Of a DNA stretch of 31,147 nucleotides, positions 7,774-16,714 are shown piece by piece. The notes under the pieces are model-generated. The model saw only the letters and a list, made by a program, of their open reading frames with translations. It was not told the DNA's origin and searched no databases. Made by a program: the position numbers and the translations under genes. The number at the start of each line of letters is the position of its first letter. Position 1 is the first letter of the stretch. The stretch is taken from assembly GCA_042217455.1 (NCBI GenBank), contig JBDGSQ010000137.1:1-31147 (forward strand), written 5' to 3'. Source of the stretch: Haloferacaceae archaeon (lineage in GTDB: Archaea > Halobacteriota > Halobacteria > Halobacteriales > Haloferacaceae).

Positions 7774-10002
7774 TCACTCCTCGCGGCGGCCCGCGTGGCC
7801 GGGGTAGTCCCGCTCGAAGCGGTTCTCGATGTCCTCGCGGTCGAAGCCGACGACGACCGGGCGGCCGTGCGGGCAGGCCCACGGGTTCTCGCAGGCGTCG
7901 AGCGACTCCAGCAGGTCGACGACCGACCCCTCGTGCAGCGACGTGTTGCCGGTGATCGAGGGGTAACACGCGAGGTCCGCGAGGAGGGCGTCGGCGACGG
8001 ACTCGACCGTCTCCGCGCCGCCCGCCTGTCCGTCGCTGACGAACGCGGTCAGGGCGTCCCGGAGCAGGTCCGGGTCGAGCGTCGCGTCGAAGACGGCCGG
8101 CACCGCCCGCACCTCGACGGTCCGCTCGTCGGTCCGCTCCGCGCGGAAGCCGAGCCGTTCGAGGGCGTCGGCGTACTCATCGAACAGCGCCGCTTCCCGC
8201 GCCGTGAGTTCGAGCGCGACCGGGTCGGCGAGCGCCTGCGCGGACCCGCCCCCCTCGAAGTCGCCTCTGAGTCGCTCGTAGTTGATGCGCTCGTCGGCGG
8301 CGTGCTGGTCGACGAGCACGAGGCCCTCCGGCGACTCGGCGACGACGTAGGTGTCGTGTAACTGCCCCAGCACCCGGAGGTCGGGGAGGCTGTCGAAGGA
8401 CGTCTCCGGCGTCGCCGTCTCGCCGGTCAGAGTCCGCTGGGCCGTCGGGCCCGTGACCGACGCGCCGGCCCCGGCGACGCCGTCGTCCGCGACGTCAGTT
8501 CCGCCGTACGCGTCGTCTGCTGGCCTGTCGCCACCGCCGTCCGCGACGTCTCCGCCACCGTCGTCCGCGACGTCTCCGCCGCCGTCTCCGCCCCCGGATG
8601 CGCTCTCCGGCCACGACGACGCCTCGTCCTCGCTTTCGTCCCGCACTCGCCACCGGCGCTCCGGCGTCGACTGGCTCTCGACCACCCAGTCGCGCCCGTC
8701 GTCCGACTCCGTCGGGGAGGGGCGGTCGCCGTCTGCGTCGTCGTCGGGCCAGTCGCTGTCGGCGTCGCCGGCGGGTCCCCGGCCGTCTTCGTCGTCTGCG
8801 GGTGACCGGTCGTCCGAATCGCCATCGGACGACCAGTCGTCGGCGGATGCCGCTGTCGGGTCGCCGCTCGCTCCGGTGTCGCCGACGCGCTCGTCCGGGT
8901 CCGTACCCCGCCCGCGTTCGGGGCGGACCTCCGTCTCGTCGGGGCGGGAGCGTCCCCGCGGGGCGCCCGAGCGGAGCAGTCCGGCGTCGAGGAGAGCCTC
9001 CCGCACCGCGGACGCGACGGCGTCGGTGACGCCCTCCTCGTCGTCGAAGCGGACCTCCATCTTGCGCGGGTGGACGTTCACGTCCACGGCGTCCGGGGGG
9101 AGGTCCACGAAGAGGACCGCGAAGGGGTACCGGTCCGGCGCGAGCTGGCCGCCGTAGGCGTCGAGGACCGCCTGTCTGAGGGTGCTCTCGGTGACGTACC
9201 GGTCGTTGACGAACGTCGAGAGGTACTCGCGCCCGGCGCGGGTCGTCTCCGGGTGGCTCACGAGTCCCGTGACCGACTCGACGGGGGCGTCCGCGTCGGT
9301 CAGGTCGCCGTCCACGTCGAGCATCGACTCTGCGACCTCGCGGCCGTACACCGAGAGGACCGTCGCCCGCAGGTCGCCGTTGCCCTCGGTTGCGAACACC
9401 TCCCGGTCGTCGTGGTCCAGCGAGACGGCCACGTCGGGGTTCGCCAGCGCGTACTGGGTGACGACGGTGCTGACGTGGTCGAACTCGGTCGCCTCGGTCT
9501 TGAGGAACTTCCGACGCGCCGGCGTGTTGAAAAAGAGCTCCTCCACCTCGACGGTCGTCCCGGGGGGACAGCCGGCCGGCGACACCTCGCCGACGTCGCC
9601 GCCGCTGACGGTGAGTTCCGCGCCCGTCTCACCCGGCGGTCGACTTCTGACGGTCAGTTCCGAGACGGCCGCGATGGTGGAGAGCGCCTCCCCGCGGAAG
9701 CCGAGCGTCCCGACGCCCGCCTCGAGGTCGTCGATGTCCGAAATCTTGCTCGTCGTGTGCTCCTCGACGGCGACTGCGAGTTCGTCCGGACCAATCCCGC
9801 GGCCGTCGTCCCGGACCCGGATGCCGTCGATGCCGCCTCGTTCGACGGCGACGGAGACGCGGGTTGCCCCGGCGTCGAGGCTGTTCTCGACGAGTTCCTT
9901 CACGACCGACGCGGGCCGCTCGACCACCTCGCCGGCGGCGATGCGCTGGACCGTCCGCTGATCGAGTGCGCGAATCTCCCCGCCCTCGGTCTCCTCGCTC
10001 AT
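7774..10002 (-). CDS. mutL: DNA mismatch repair endonuclease MutL
   Basis: GHKL motifs IAAGEVVERPASVVKELVENSLDAGA, DDGRG, TSKI, GFRGEAL and FNTPARRKFLK, plus DVNVHPRK. C-terminal endonuclease motifs DQHAADERINYE and CPHGRP. Start placed at ATG 10002. Confidence 0.97.
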   Translation of the reverse strand: MSEETEGGEIRALDQRTVQRIAAGEVVERPASVVKELVENSLDAGATRVSVAVERGGIDGIRVRDDGRGIGPDELAVAVEEHTTSKISDIDDLEAGVGTLGFRGEALSTIAAVSELTVRSRPPGETGAELTVSGGDVGEVSPAGCPPGTTVEVEELFFNTPARRKFLKTEATEFDHVSTVVTQYALANPDVAVSLDHDDREVFATEGNGDLRATVLSVYGREVAESMLDVDGDLTDADAPVESVTGLVSHPETTRAGREYLSTFVNDRYVTESTLRQAVLDAYGGQLAPDRYPFAVLFVDLPPDAVDVNVHPRKMEVRFDDEEGVTDAVASAVREALLDAGLLRSGAPRGRSRPDETEVRPERGRGTDPDERVGDTGASGDPTAASADDWSSDGDSDDRSPADDEDGRGPAGDADSDWPDDDADGDRPSPTESDDGRDWVVESQSTPERRWRVRDESEDEASSWPESASGGGDGGGDVADDGGGDVADGGGDRPADDAYGGTDVADDGVAGAGASVTGPTAQRTLTGETATPETSFDSLPDLRVLGQLHDTYVVAESPEGLVLVDQHAADERINYERLRGDFEGGGSAQALADPVALELTAREAALFDEYADALERLGFRAERTDERTVEVRAVPAVFDATLDPDLLRDALTAFVSDGQAGGAETVESVADALLADLACYPSITGNTSLHEGSVVDLLESLDACENPWACPHGRPVVVGFDREDIENRFERDYPGHAGRREE
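8530..8589 (-). repeat. 24-bp in-frame tandem repeat in the MutL linker (GGDVADDG/GGDVADGG)
   Basis: GCCACCGCCGTCCGCGACGTCTCC (8530-8553) and GCCACCGTCGTCCGCGACGTCTCC (8554-8577), then a partial third copy. A related copy lies near 8479-8500. Confidence 0.8.
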
Positions 10003-10111
10003 TCGTCTCCCCATCGGGGGCCGAACCCCCTTGAGTACTCCGACCGTCGCCACCACGTGCCCGCACCCGAAGCGCTCGACGCCGTTCGGCGCCCCGCCGT
10101 GCTCCGGCGTC

Positions 10112-11542
10112 TCACCGGCCGGCGGGCACGACGCGGTGGAGCCCCGTCTTCCCGCCGGCGGTCCCGAGAACGTACAGTTCGCCGTCCGCGTCGCGGCCGA
10201 ACGAGAGGACGCGGCTCAGTCCCCCGGCCACCTCCACTGACCGCGTCTCCCACGTCCCGCCGTTCCGGTCGCTCCCGCCGTCCGTCTCGCCCGCGGTGTC
10301 GCCGCTCCCCGGCGGCGTGGCGACGAACAGGCTCCCCCCGGCGTTCAGGTCGGCGAAGACGTACCGCCCCGCCAGCCCCGGGAGCGACGCACCGCGGTAG
10401 ACGTAGCCGCCGATGACCGCGATGCCGCTGACCGCCGCCCCGGAGTGCGGATACTCGACGACCGGGTCCCGCAGCGGTTCGCCGCCCCGGACGCTCGCCG
10501 GCGTCCGGTCGGGACACCGGGAGGCGTCGTAGCAGTGGGTCGCCTCCTTCACGTTCCAGCCGTAGTTGCCGCCCCGCTCGACCAGGTTCACCTCCTCGTA
10601 CCGGCTCTGGCCCACGTCCGCGACGTAGAGGTCCCAGTCGCCGCCGGACGCCGTCCCGTCGGACCCGTCTGCCGGCACGTCGAACGACAGCCTCCACGGG
10701 TTCCTGAACCCCCACGCGTAGTGCTCGTCGAGGCCGTCCTCCCCGAGGAGGGGGTTGTCGTCGGGAATCGCGTACGGCTTCCCGGCCGCGCTGTCGTCGA
10801 CGTCGATGCGGAGGAGGCTCCCGAGGAGGTTCTCGGTCACGTCCTGCCCGTTCCCGCCGGGGACGGCGTCGTACCAGTCGTCGACGTGTCCGGTGCCCCT
10901 GTCTCCGCCGGCACCGCCGTCGCCGACGCCGACGTAGAGGCAGCCGTCCGGACCGAAGACGACCGACCCGGCGTTGTGGTTCCGCTGGGGTTCGGGAATC
11001 TCGAGCAGCGTCCGCTCCGTGTCGCGCGCGACCCGCCGGCCGTCGTCGTTCGCCGCGAACTCGGAGAGGACGAACGTGTGGTTGTACCCCGACGGCGTCC
11101 CGTCCCGCGGCGGGGAACTGTACCGGACGAACACCCGACGGTTGTCGGCGAAGTCGGGGTGGAGCGCGACGCCGAGCAGTCCCGTCTCGCTGCCGACCGT
11201 CACCGCGTCGCGCAGGTCGAGAAACGGGTCGTCGCGGAACCCACCGGACTCGTGGACGAGGACGCGTCCGGACTGGTCCGCCACGTACCGACGGTCCGCG
11301 TCCGGTGCGAACGCCACGTCCAGCGGGGCGCGGAGACCCGCCCCGAGCGTCTCGAGTCCGACCGACACGGGGACGTCCTCCTCGGCCGCCGTCGACGTGG
11401 TCGCCGCTCCGGTCGTCGTCTGCCGTGTCGTCCCGTCGGTTCCACCGGCGGACGGTGGCCCCCCGGCGCACCCCGCGAATCCCGCCGCCGTTCCGGTGAG
11501 CGCCGCTCTGAGGAGGGCTCGCCGAGTCGTGCGGTCGTCCAT
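10112..11542 (-). CDS. PQQ-dependent sugar dehydrogenase (GSDH/YliI-like beta-propeller), Tat lipoprotein
   Basis: Tat signal TRRALLR with lipobox FAGC. GSDH motifs ETGLLGVALHPDF, NHNAGSVVFGPDGCLYVGVGDGG, GSLLRIDVD, YAWGFRNPWRLSFD, EEVNLVERGGNYGW and SFGRDADGELYV. Confidence 0.9.
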   Translation of the reverse strand: MDDRTTRRALLRAALTGTAAGFAGCAGGPPSAGGTDGTTRQTTTGAATTSTAAEEDVPVSVGLETLGAGLRAPLDVAFAPDADRRYVADQSGRVLVHESGGFRDDPFLDLRDAVTVGSETGLLGVALHPDFADNRRVFVRYSSPPRDGTPSGYNHTFVLSEFAANDDGRRVARDTERTLLEIPEPQRNHNAGSVVFGPDGCLYVGVGDGGAGGDRGTGHVDDWYDAVPGGNGQDVTENLLGSLLRIDVDDSAAGKPYAIPDDNPLLGEDGLDEHYAWGFRNPWRLSFDVPADGSDGTASGGDWDLYVADVGQSRYEEVNLVERGGNYGWNVKEATHCYDASRCPDRTPASVRGGEPLRDPVVEYPHSGAAVSGIAVIGGYVYRGASLPGLAGRYVFADLNAGGSLFVATPPGSGDTAGETDGGSDRNGGTWETRSVEVAGGLSRVLSFGRDADGELYVLGTAGGKTGLHRVVPAGR

Positions 11543-11693
11543 GTCGGAGGGCGGTCGTCTGGACAGATAACTTGCACGTTGATTGTCACGCGGCGGTGCC
11601 GGTTCGGCCGCGCGGCGCTCCCGCTCCGATGTACCGGTGGCACGTTCCGCCCGCGGAAGACAGGTCTAAGGCCGCGCCGGCCCTCGCTCCGGT

Positions 11694-12302
11694 GTGGCCT
11701 CAGAGACCCGCACCCCCCACCACGACCGGGTGGCGACGGCGCTCGACTCGCCGACGCTCGAGACGCTCGCGGCCATGGCTGTCGTCACCGCCCTCCGGTG
11801 GCTCGTCGGCCTGTTCGGCGCGTCCCCGTTCGTCCTCAGCCTGCCGCTCTCGCGCCACCCGTGGACGCTCTTCACGAGCGTCTACGCCCACGCCGGCCCC
11901 CTGCACCTCCTCTCGAACGCCGTCGCGCTCGTCCTCGTCGGCGCCTTCCTCGAACGGCGGACCACGCGGCTTCGCTTCCACGGCTTCTTCCTCGCCACCG
12001 GCGCGCTCGCGGGTCTCGCACAGGTGACCCTCGGGGGACTGCTCGCTCTCGGACCGGTCGGCGTCCTCGGCGCGAGCGGAGCGGTCTTCGGCTGTCTCGG
12101 ATACCTGCTCGCGGGGAACCGCGTCGCCGGCGGCCTCTACGACCTGCTCCCGCTGTCGCCGCGGGCCACGGCGGCCGTCGTGGTCGTTCTCGCCGGCGTC
12201 ATCGTCGTCGCCGCGAGTCCGCCCGGGAGCGCCCTCGTCGCCCACTTCGTCGGCCTGTTTCTCGGCCTCGTCGCCGGACGGGTTCGCCTGCTCGACGCGT
12301 AG
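11694..12302 (+). CDS. Rhomboid-family intramembrane serine protease
   Basis: About 6 TM helices, HAGPLHLLSN (HxxxN), catalytic GASG and VAHFVG (catalytic His). GTG start uncertain; ATG 11777 is an alternative. Confidence 0.88.
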   Translation: MASETRTPHHDRVATALDSPTLETLAAMAVVTALRWLVGLFGASPFVLSLPLSRHPWTLFTSVYAHAGPLHLLSNAVALVLVGAFLERRTTRLRFHGFFLATGALAGLAQVTLGGLLALGPVGVLGASGAVFGCLGYLLAGNRVAGGLYDLLPLSPRATAAVVVVLAGVIVVAASPPGSALVAHFVGLFLGLVAGRVRLLDA

Positions 12303-12477
12303 GTGGTCGCTCTTTCAGTCTCTCCCGGACGCTTCTCGCCGGCCTCTCGCGACCGGCGGTATTCCCAGACGCTGAGAACGTTCGGCACGTTACACGGTGA
12401 CGTGACACGATAGGTCTCTAGCGGACCGCACGGAACCATGCACTCGAACAGCGCATCTCCCCACCGTGGAACCGACG

Positions 12478-13812
12478 ATGAGTGAGGCCCCGGTTCGAGT
12501 CGGCGTCCTCAGTCTCCACAACAGCAAAGAGACGAAGGCGATTCTGAACGCCGTCGAAGCGCTCGGTCACGACACCGAGTGGCTGCGGTCGGAGAACACG
12601 ACGGTCCGATTCGACGGGGGCGAAGTCAGGCTCAGTCCCGACGTCGACGTGATCGCCAACCGACTCCTCCTCTCGAACACCGACCAGCCGTCCGAAGAAC
12701 TGGGTCTGGCCCAGACGCTTTCGGGCATCCGGCCGATGTTGAACGCTCCGGAGGCGACGGCGCGGGCCGCCCACAAAACGGCGGCGGCCGTCTCGCTCGT
12801 CAACGATGGGATTCCCGTCCCGAAGACCGCCTTCGCGCTCGACACCGACCAGCTCAACCACCTCCGCGAGGAGTTCGGACCCGAGGTGGTCTACAAGACC
12901 GCGATTGGGACACACGGCGGCGGAGCGTGGAAGGTGCTGACGACCGACACGCTCACCGCCCGGGTCGGCAAACGCCGCGCCTTCCTTCAGGAACTCGTCG
13001 GGAGAGCGGGAGAGAGGCCCCGCGACCTCCGCGTCTACGTCGTCGGCGACCAGGTCATCGGCGCCATGTTCCGGTACGCAGTCGAGGGCGACTGGCGGAC
13101 GAACGTCGCCCTCGGCGGAATCGTCGAGGACGCGACCGACTCGACGACCGAGGAGGTGTTGGACCTCGCCCGGCGGGCGGCGTCCACGCTGGGCCTCGAC
13201 TACGCCGGCGTCGACCTCATCGAGGGGGACGACGGGTGGTACGTACTGGAAGTGAACCCCACCGCCGGGTTCAAAGGGCTCTATCAGGCGACCGACCGGA
13301 GCCCCGCTCCGTACATCGCCGAGCAGGCCATCGAACGCGCCGGGGGGTCGGTCGACGAGAGTCGAGTGGCGAACCTCGCGTCGACACTCGACGACTCGGT
13401 GCCGTCCTGCAAGCCGGCCCCGACGCCGATTCCGTCCGAAGAGCCCATCACCATCGGCTTCACCGAACAGGTCGTCATCAGCGGGACCAGCGGTCGGAAG
13501 ACGGTCATCGCCAAGTCGGACTCCGGGGCCGCCAGAACCTGCATCGACCTCCGACTCGCTGCGGACATCGGCGCGGGACCGATCCACACCGTTTCGCGCG
13601 TGCGCTCGGGGAGTTCCAAAACGTCACGGACGCGGCCGGTCGTCGACCTCGTCGTCGGCATCGGCGGCGAACAGTACACCGTCGCCGCCAACATCGAGGA
13701 CCGCACGCACATGACCCACCCCCTCCTGCTCGGCCGAGACATCCTGAAGAACTACCGCCTCGACGTCAGTCGCCGGGTCGAAGACCACGCGGTGGTCGCC
13801 GACGAGGAGTGA
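12478..13812 (+). CDS. RimK-family ATP-grasp alpha-L-glutamate ligase fused to a C-terminal retropepsin-like (RimB/'ATP-dependent zinc protease') domain
   Basis: ATP-grasp motifs VVYKTAIGTHGGG, FLQE, DLRVYVVG, WRTNVALGG, YAGVDLI and VLEVNPTAGF. C-terminal AKSDSGAARTCID and LLGRDIL. Confidence 0.9.
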   Translation: MSEAPVRVGVLSLHNSKETKAILNAVEALGHDTEWLRSENTTVRFDGGEVRLSPDVDVIANRLLLSNTDQPSEELGLAQTLSGIRPMLNAPEATARAAHKTAAAVSLVNDGIPVPKTAFALDTDQLNHLREEFGPEVVYKTAIGTHGGGAWKVLTTDTLTARVGKRRAFLQELVGRAGERPRDLRVYVVGDQVIGAMFRYAVEGDWRTNVALGGIVEDATDSTTEEVLDLARRAASTLGLDYAGVDLIEGDDGWYVLEVNPTAGFKGLYQATDRSPAPYIAEQAIERAGGSVDESRVANLASTLDDSVPSCKPAPTPIPSEEPITIGFTEQVVISGTSGRKTVIAKSDSGAARTCIDLRLAADIGAGPIHTVSRVRSGSSKTSRTRPVVDLVVGIGGEQYTVAANIEDRTHMTHPLLLGRDILKNYRLDVSRRVEDHAVVADEE

Positions 13813-13822
13813 ACTCGCCACG

Positions 13823-16486
13823 TCACTTCTCGCTCAAGTCCTCCTGCCAGTCCAGCACGCGCTGTGCCAATTCGAGCGGCGACATCTCGTTGACGTTGAC
13901 CGATTCCAGTTCTTCGAGAACCTCCTCGGTCTCGGGGTCGAGCCCGTCGTCTGCGGAGTCGGTTGCCGCTGACCCTCCGTCTGTGCCCGCTTTGAACTGT
14001 CCGGACGAGAGGTCGAACGTGACTTGCTGTGTCGTCCCGTCGTCGGTAGTCGCTCCTCGAACGTCGATGGCCTTCTCCTCGCGGAGCCTGCGAAGCACGT
14101 CGCGCGCGCGGTCGACGACCGGGTCGGGAACGCCCGCGAGTTCGGCGACGTGAATCCCGTAGGACCGGTCGGCGGGGCCGTCGCGAATCGTCCGGAGGAA
14201 GGTGACGTCGCCGTCTCGCTCGTCTGCGCCCATGTGGACGTTCGCGACCCCGTCGAGTCTGTCGGCGAGGGTCGTCAGCTCGTGGTAGTGGGTCGCGAAG
14301 AGGACCTTCGGCCCGTTCGGACCTCGCCCCGTCGCGTCTGGCCCCACAACGTCGCCGTGGTGGAGGTACTCGGTGGCGGCCCACGCGATGGAGATGCCGT
14401 CGTACGTCGCCGTCCCCCGGCCCACCTCGTCCAGGACGACCAGCGACTCCTCGGTGGCCGAGTGGAGGATGTTCGACAGCTCCTGCATCTCCACCATGAA
14501 CGTCGAGCGTCCCTGCGCGAGTTCGTCGAGCGCGCCGACCCGGGTGTAGATGCCGTCGACGACGCCCACCTCGGCGCGCCGGCCGGGGACGAAGCTCCCG
14601 ATCTGCGCCAGGAGGACGACGAGCGCGGTCTGTCGCATGTACGTCGACTTCCCGCTCATGTTCGGGCCGGTGACGACGAGAAAGCCCCGCTCGTCGTCCA
14701 TCCGGAGGTCGTTCGGGACGAAGTCGGTCGTCTGCTCGACGACGGGGTGTCGGCCCGCCTCGATGTCGAGGACGCCGGGTTCTCGCAGTTCGGGCCGCGT
14801 CCAGTCGTTGCCGGCGGCGTGGGTCGCGAGCGAGGCGAGGGCGTCCACCTCGGCGACGGTGCGTCCCACGTCCTGCAGGAGTTCGACGCGGTCGCCGACC
14901 CGCGTTCTGAGTTCACAGAACAGGTCGTACTCCAGCTCGCCTCGCGCTTCCTCGAGTCTGAGCACCTCGCGCTCCCGCTCCTCCAGTTCGTCTGTGACGA
15001 AGCGCTTCGAGTTCTTCAGCGTCTTTAGCTCGCGGTAGTGTTCGGGCACCCGGTCTGCGACCGACTTCCCGACCTGCACGTAGTAGCCGTCCGTCTTGTT
15101 CCGGTCGACGGTGACGTGCGAGAGGCCGTGCTGGCGCTTCTCGCGCTCTGCGAGCGTGTCGAGCCACCGGGTCACCTCGTCGTGGCGCTCCATCAGCCCG
15201 TCGAGTTCGTCGTCGTAACCGCGACAGAACAGGCCGCCCTGCGTGACGGTCTTCGGGGGGTCCTCGGCGAGCGCCTCGTCGAGTTCCTCGTGCAGTTCCC
15301 GCGCCGCGTCCCGGTCCGGTCGCGTGACGACGTCCGCGAGCGGCGAGTCGGCGAGGTCGGTCCCCTCGATGGCCTCGCCGAGGGCCGGCAGGAGCGCGAG
15401 CGTGTCCCGGACTGCGAGCAGGTCGTTCGCGTCGGCGCTCCCACTGGCGGCGCGGCTCGCCAGCCGTTCGAGGTCGTACGCCCCGTCGAGGACGTCCCTG
15501 ACGCGCTCTCGCGCCAGAGCGGCGGACGCGAGCGCCTCCACCGCGTCGAGGCGGCGCTCCAGTTCCTCCCGGGAGCGCCGCGGTCTGATGAGCCACTCGC
15601 GGAGGAGCCGGCCGCCGGCGCTCGTGACCGTGTGGTCGATGGTGTCGTACAGCGACCCCGAGCGCCCGCCCTGCATCGTCTCGGTCAGTTCGAGGTTGCG
15701 CTGGGTGGTGGCGTCGAGTTCGAGGTGGTCCGCCGTCTCGTAGACCTGCAGCCGGGTCACCGACGCCAGCACGCCCGCGCCCGTCTCCTCGACGTACGAG
15801 AGAACCGCTCCCGCGGCCCGCACCGCGAGGTCCGAGTCGAGGCCGACGCTCGCTGTCGTCTCTTCGCCGAACTGCGAGCGGACGGCGTGTTTCGCCCGCC
15901 CGGGCGCGAAGCTCTCTGCGTCGTGGAGCGTGAGCGTCGCGTCGGTCTCCCCGCGGATCGTCGAGAGGAAGCCGTCGTCGTTTCTGAGGTCGGGGCCCGG
16001 CAGCACCTCGACCGGGGCGAAGCGGTAGAGTTCGGCGCGCACGTCCGGCGTCGTCGTCACGAGGAACCGGCCGGTGGTCACGTCGGCGAACGCGAGCCCG
16101 TACTCGTCGTCCGCGCCGGCGACCACGGCGGCGAGGTACTGGGCGTCGTCGTCGCTGACAGAGAGGAGCGTTCCAGGCGTGACCACGCGGGTCACCTCCC
16201 GGTAGATGTCGCCCGCGTCGGTCTCCGACTGGTCTGCGACGGCGACGCGGTAGCCGCGCTCGACGAGCGCTTTCAGGTACGGCTCGAGGTCGTCGACCGG
16301 AACGCCGGCCATCGGATACGAGGAGCCGTGAGAGGACTTCTGAGACACCTTCAGGTCGAGTTCGTCGCTGACGAGTTCCGCGTCGTCGCCGAAGAACTCG
16401 TAGAAGTCGCCACACTGCATCGCGAGCACGTCGGTGTCGGTCTCTGATTTCAGCGAGAGGAACTCGCCGACGATTCCTTCGGGCAT
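13823..16486 (-). CDS. mutS: DNA mismatch repair protein MutS (MutS1 type)
   Basis: Mismatch-binding GDFYEFF, MAGVP, RVVTPGT, LDATTQRNLEL, GRHPVVE, Walker A TGPNMSGKSTYMRQ, STFMVEM, LDEVGRGT, FATHYHEL and SYGIHVAELAGVP. Confidence 0.97.
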   Translation of the reverse strand: MPEGIVGEFLSLKSETDTDVLAMQCGDFYEFFGDDAELVSDELDLKVSQKSSHGSSYPMAGVPVDDLEPYLKALVERGYRVAVADQSETDAGDIYREVTRVVTPGTLLSVSDDDAQYLAAVVAGADDEYGLAFADVTTGRFLVTTTPDVRAELYRFAPVEVLPGPDLRNDDGFLSTIRGETDATLTLHDAESFAPGRAKHAVRSQFGEETTASVGLDSDLAVRAAGAVLSYVEETGAGVLASVTRLQVYETADHLELDATTQRNLELTETMQGGRSGSLYDTIDHTVTSAGGRLLREWLIRPRRSREELERRLDAVEALASAALARERVRDVLDGAYDLERLASRAASGSADANDLLAVRDTLALLPALGEAIEGTDLADSPLADVVTRPDRDAARELHEELDEALAEDPPKTVTQGGLFCRGYDDELDGLMERHDEVTRWLDTLAEREKRQHGLSHVTVDRNKTDGYYVQVGKSVADRVPEHYRELKTLKNSKRFVTDELEEREREVLRLEEARGELEYDLFCELRTRVGDRVELLQDVGRTVAEVDALASLATHAAGNDWTRPELREPGVLDIEAGRHPVVEQTTDFVPNDLRMDDERGFLVVTGPNMSGKSTYMRQTALVVLLAQIGSFVPGRRAEVGVVDGIYTRVGALDELAQGRSTFMVEMQELSNILHSATEESLVVLDEVGRGTATYDGISIAWAATEYLHHGDVVGPDATGRGPNGPKVLFATHYHELTTLADRLDGVANVHMGADERDGDVTFLRTIRDGPADRSYGIHVAELAGVPDPVVDRARDVLRRLREEKAIDVRGATTDDGTTQQVTFDLSSGQFKAGTDGGSAATDSADDGLDPETEEVLEELESVNVNEMSPLELAQRVLDWQEDLSEK

Positions 16487-16714
16487 GCCTCACTGTCGGT
16501 CGGTCCCCTAGTAAAACTCTGTGGGTGAGACCGCGAGTGCCGCGCCGCCCGGACAGGCCCCTACCCAGGTCCGTGGCGCGCGCGACGGGTGAACATTTAT
16601 AGCGCCGTACTTGGCGCTTGTGGCTTCGGCCGTCGCTATCCGTCGGTCAGGCGTCAGACGACCGCGTGCGACGGTCTCCGGCCGGGACTGCAGAGAGGCG
16701 CACGTCCGGGGTCG

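Noticed and set aside
7760-7775. Perfect 16-bp palindrome GACCGGGGCCCCGGTC at the mutL stop as a terminator
   Set aside because: Almost entirely G/C, so expected by chance at this composition. There is no U-tract, and haloarchaeal terminators are not reliably hairpin-based.
12386-12485. Imperfect palindrome CACGTTAC-ACG-GTGACGTG and a 15-aa uORF (ATG 12438) overlapping the RimK start by 8 nt
   Set aside because: No clear TATA at the right distance for ATG 12438, and such short frames arise readily by chance. Not enough support.
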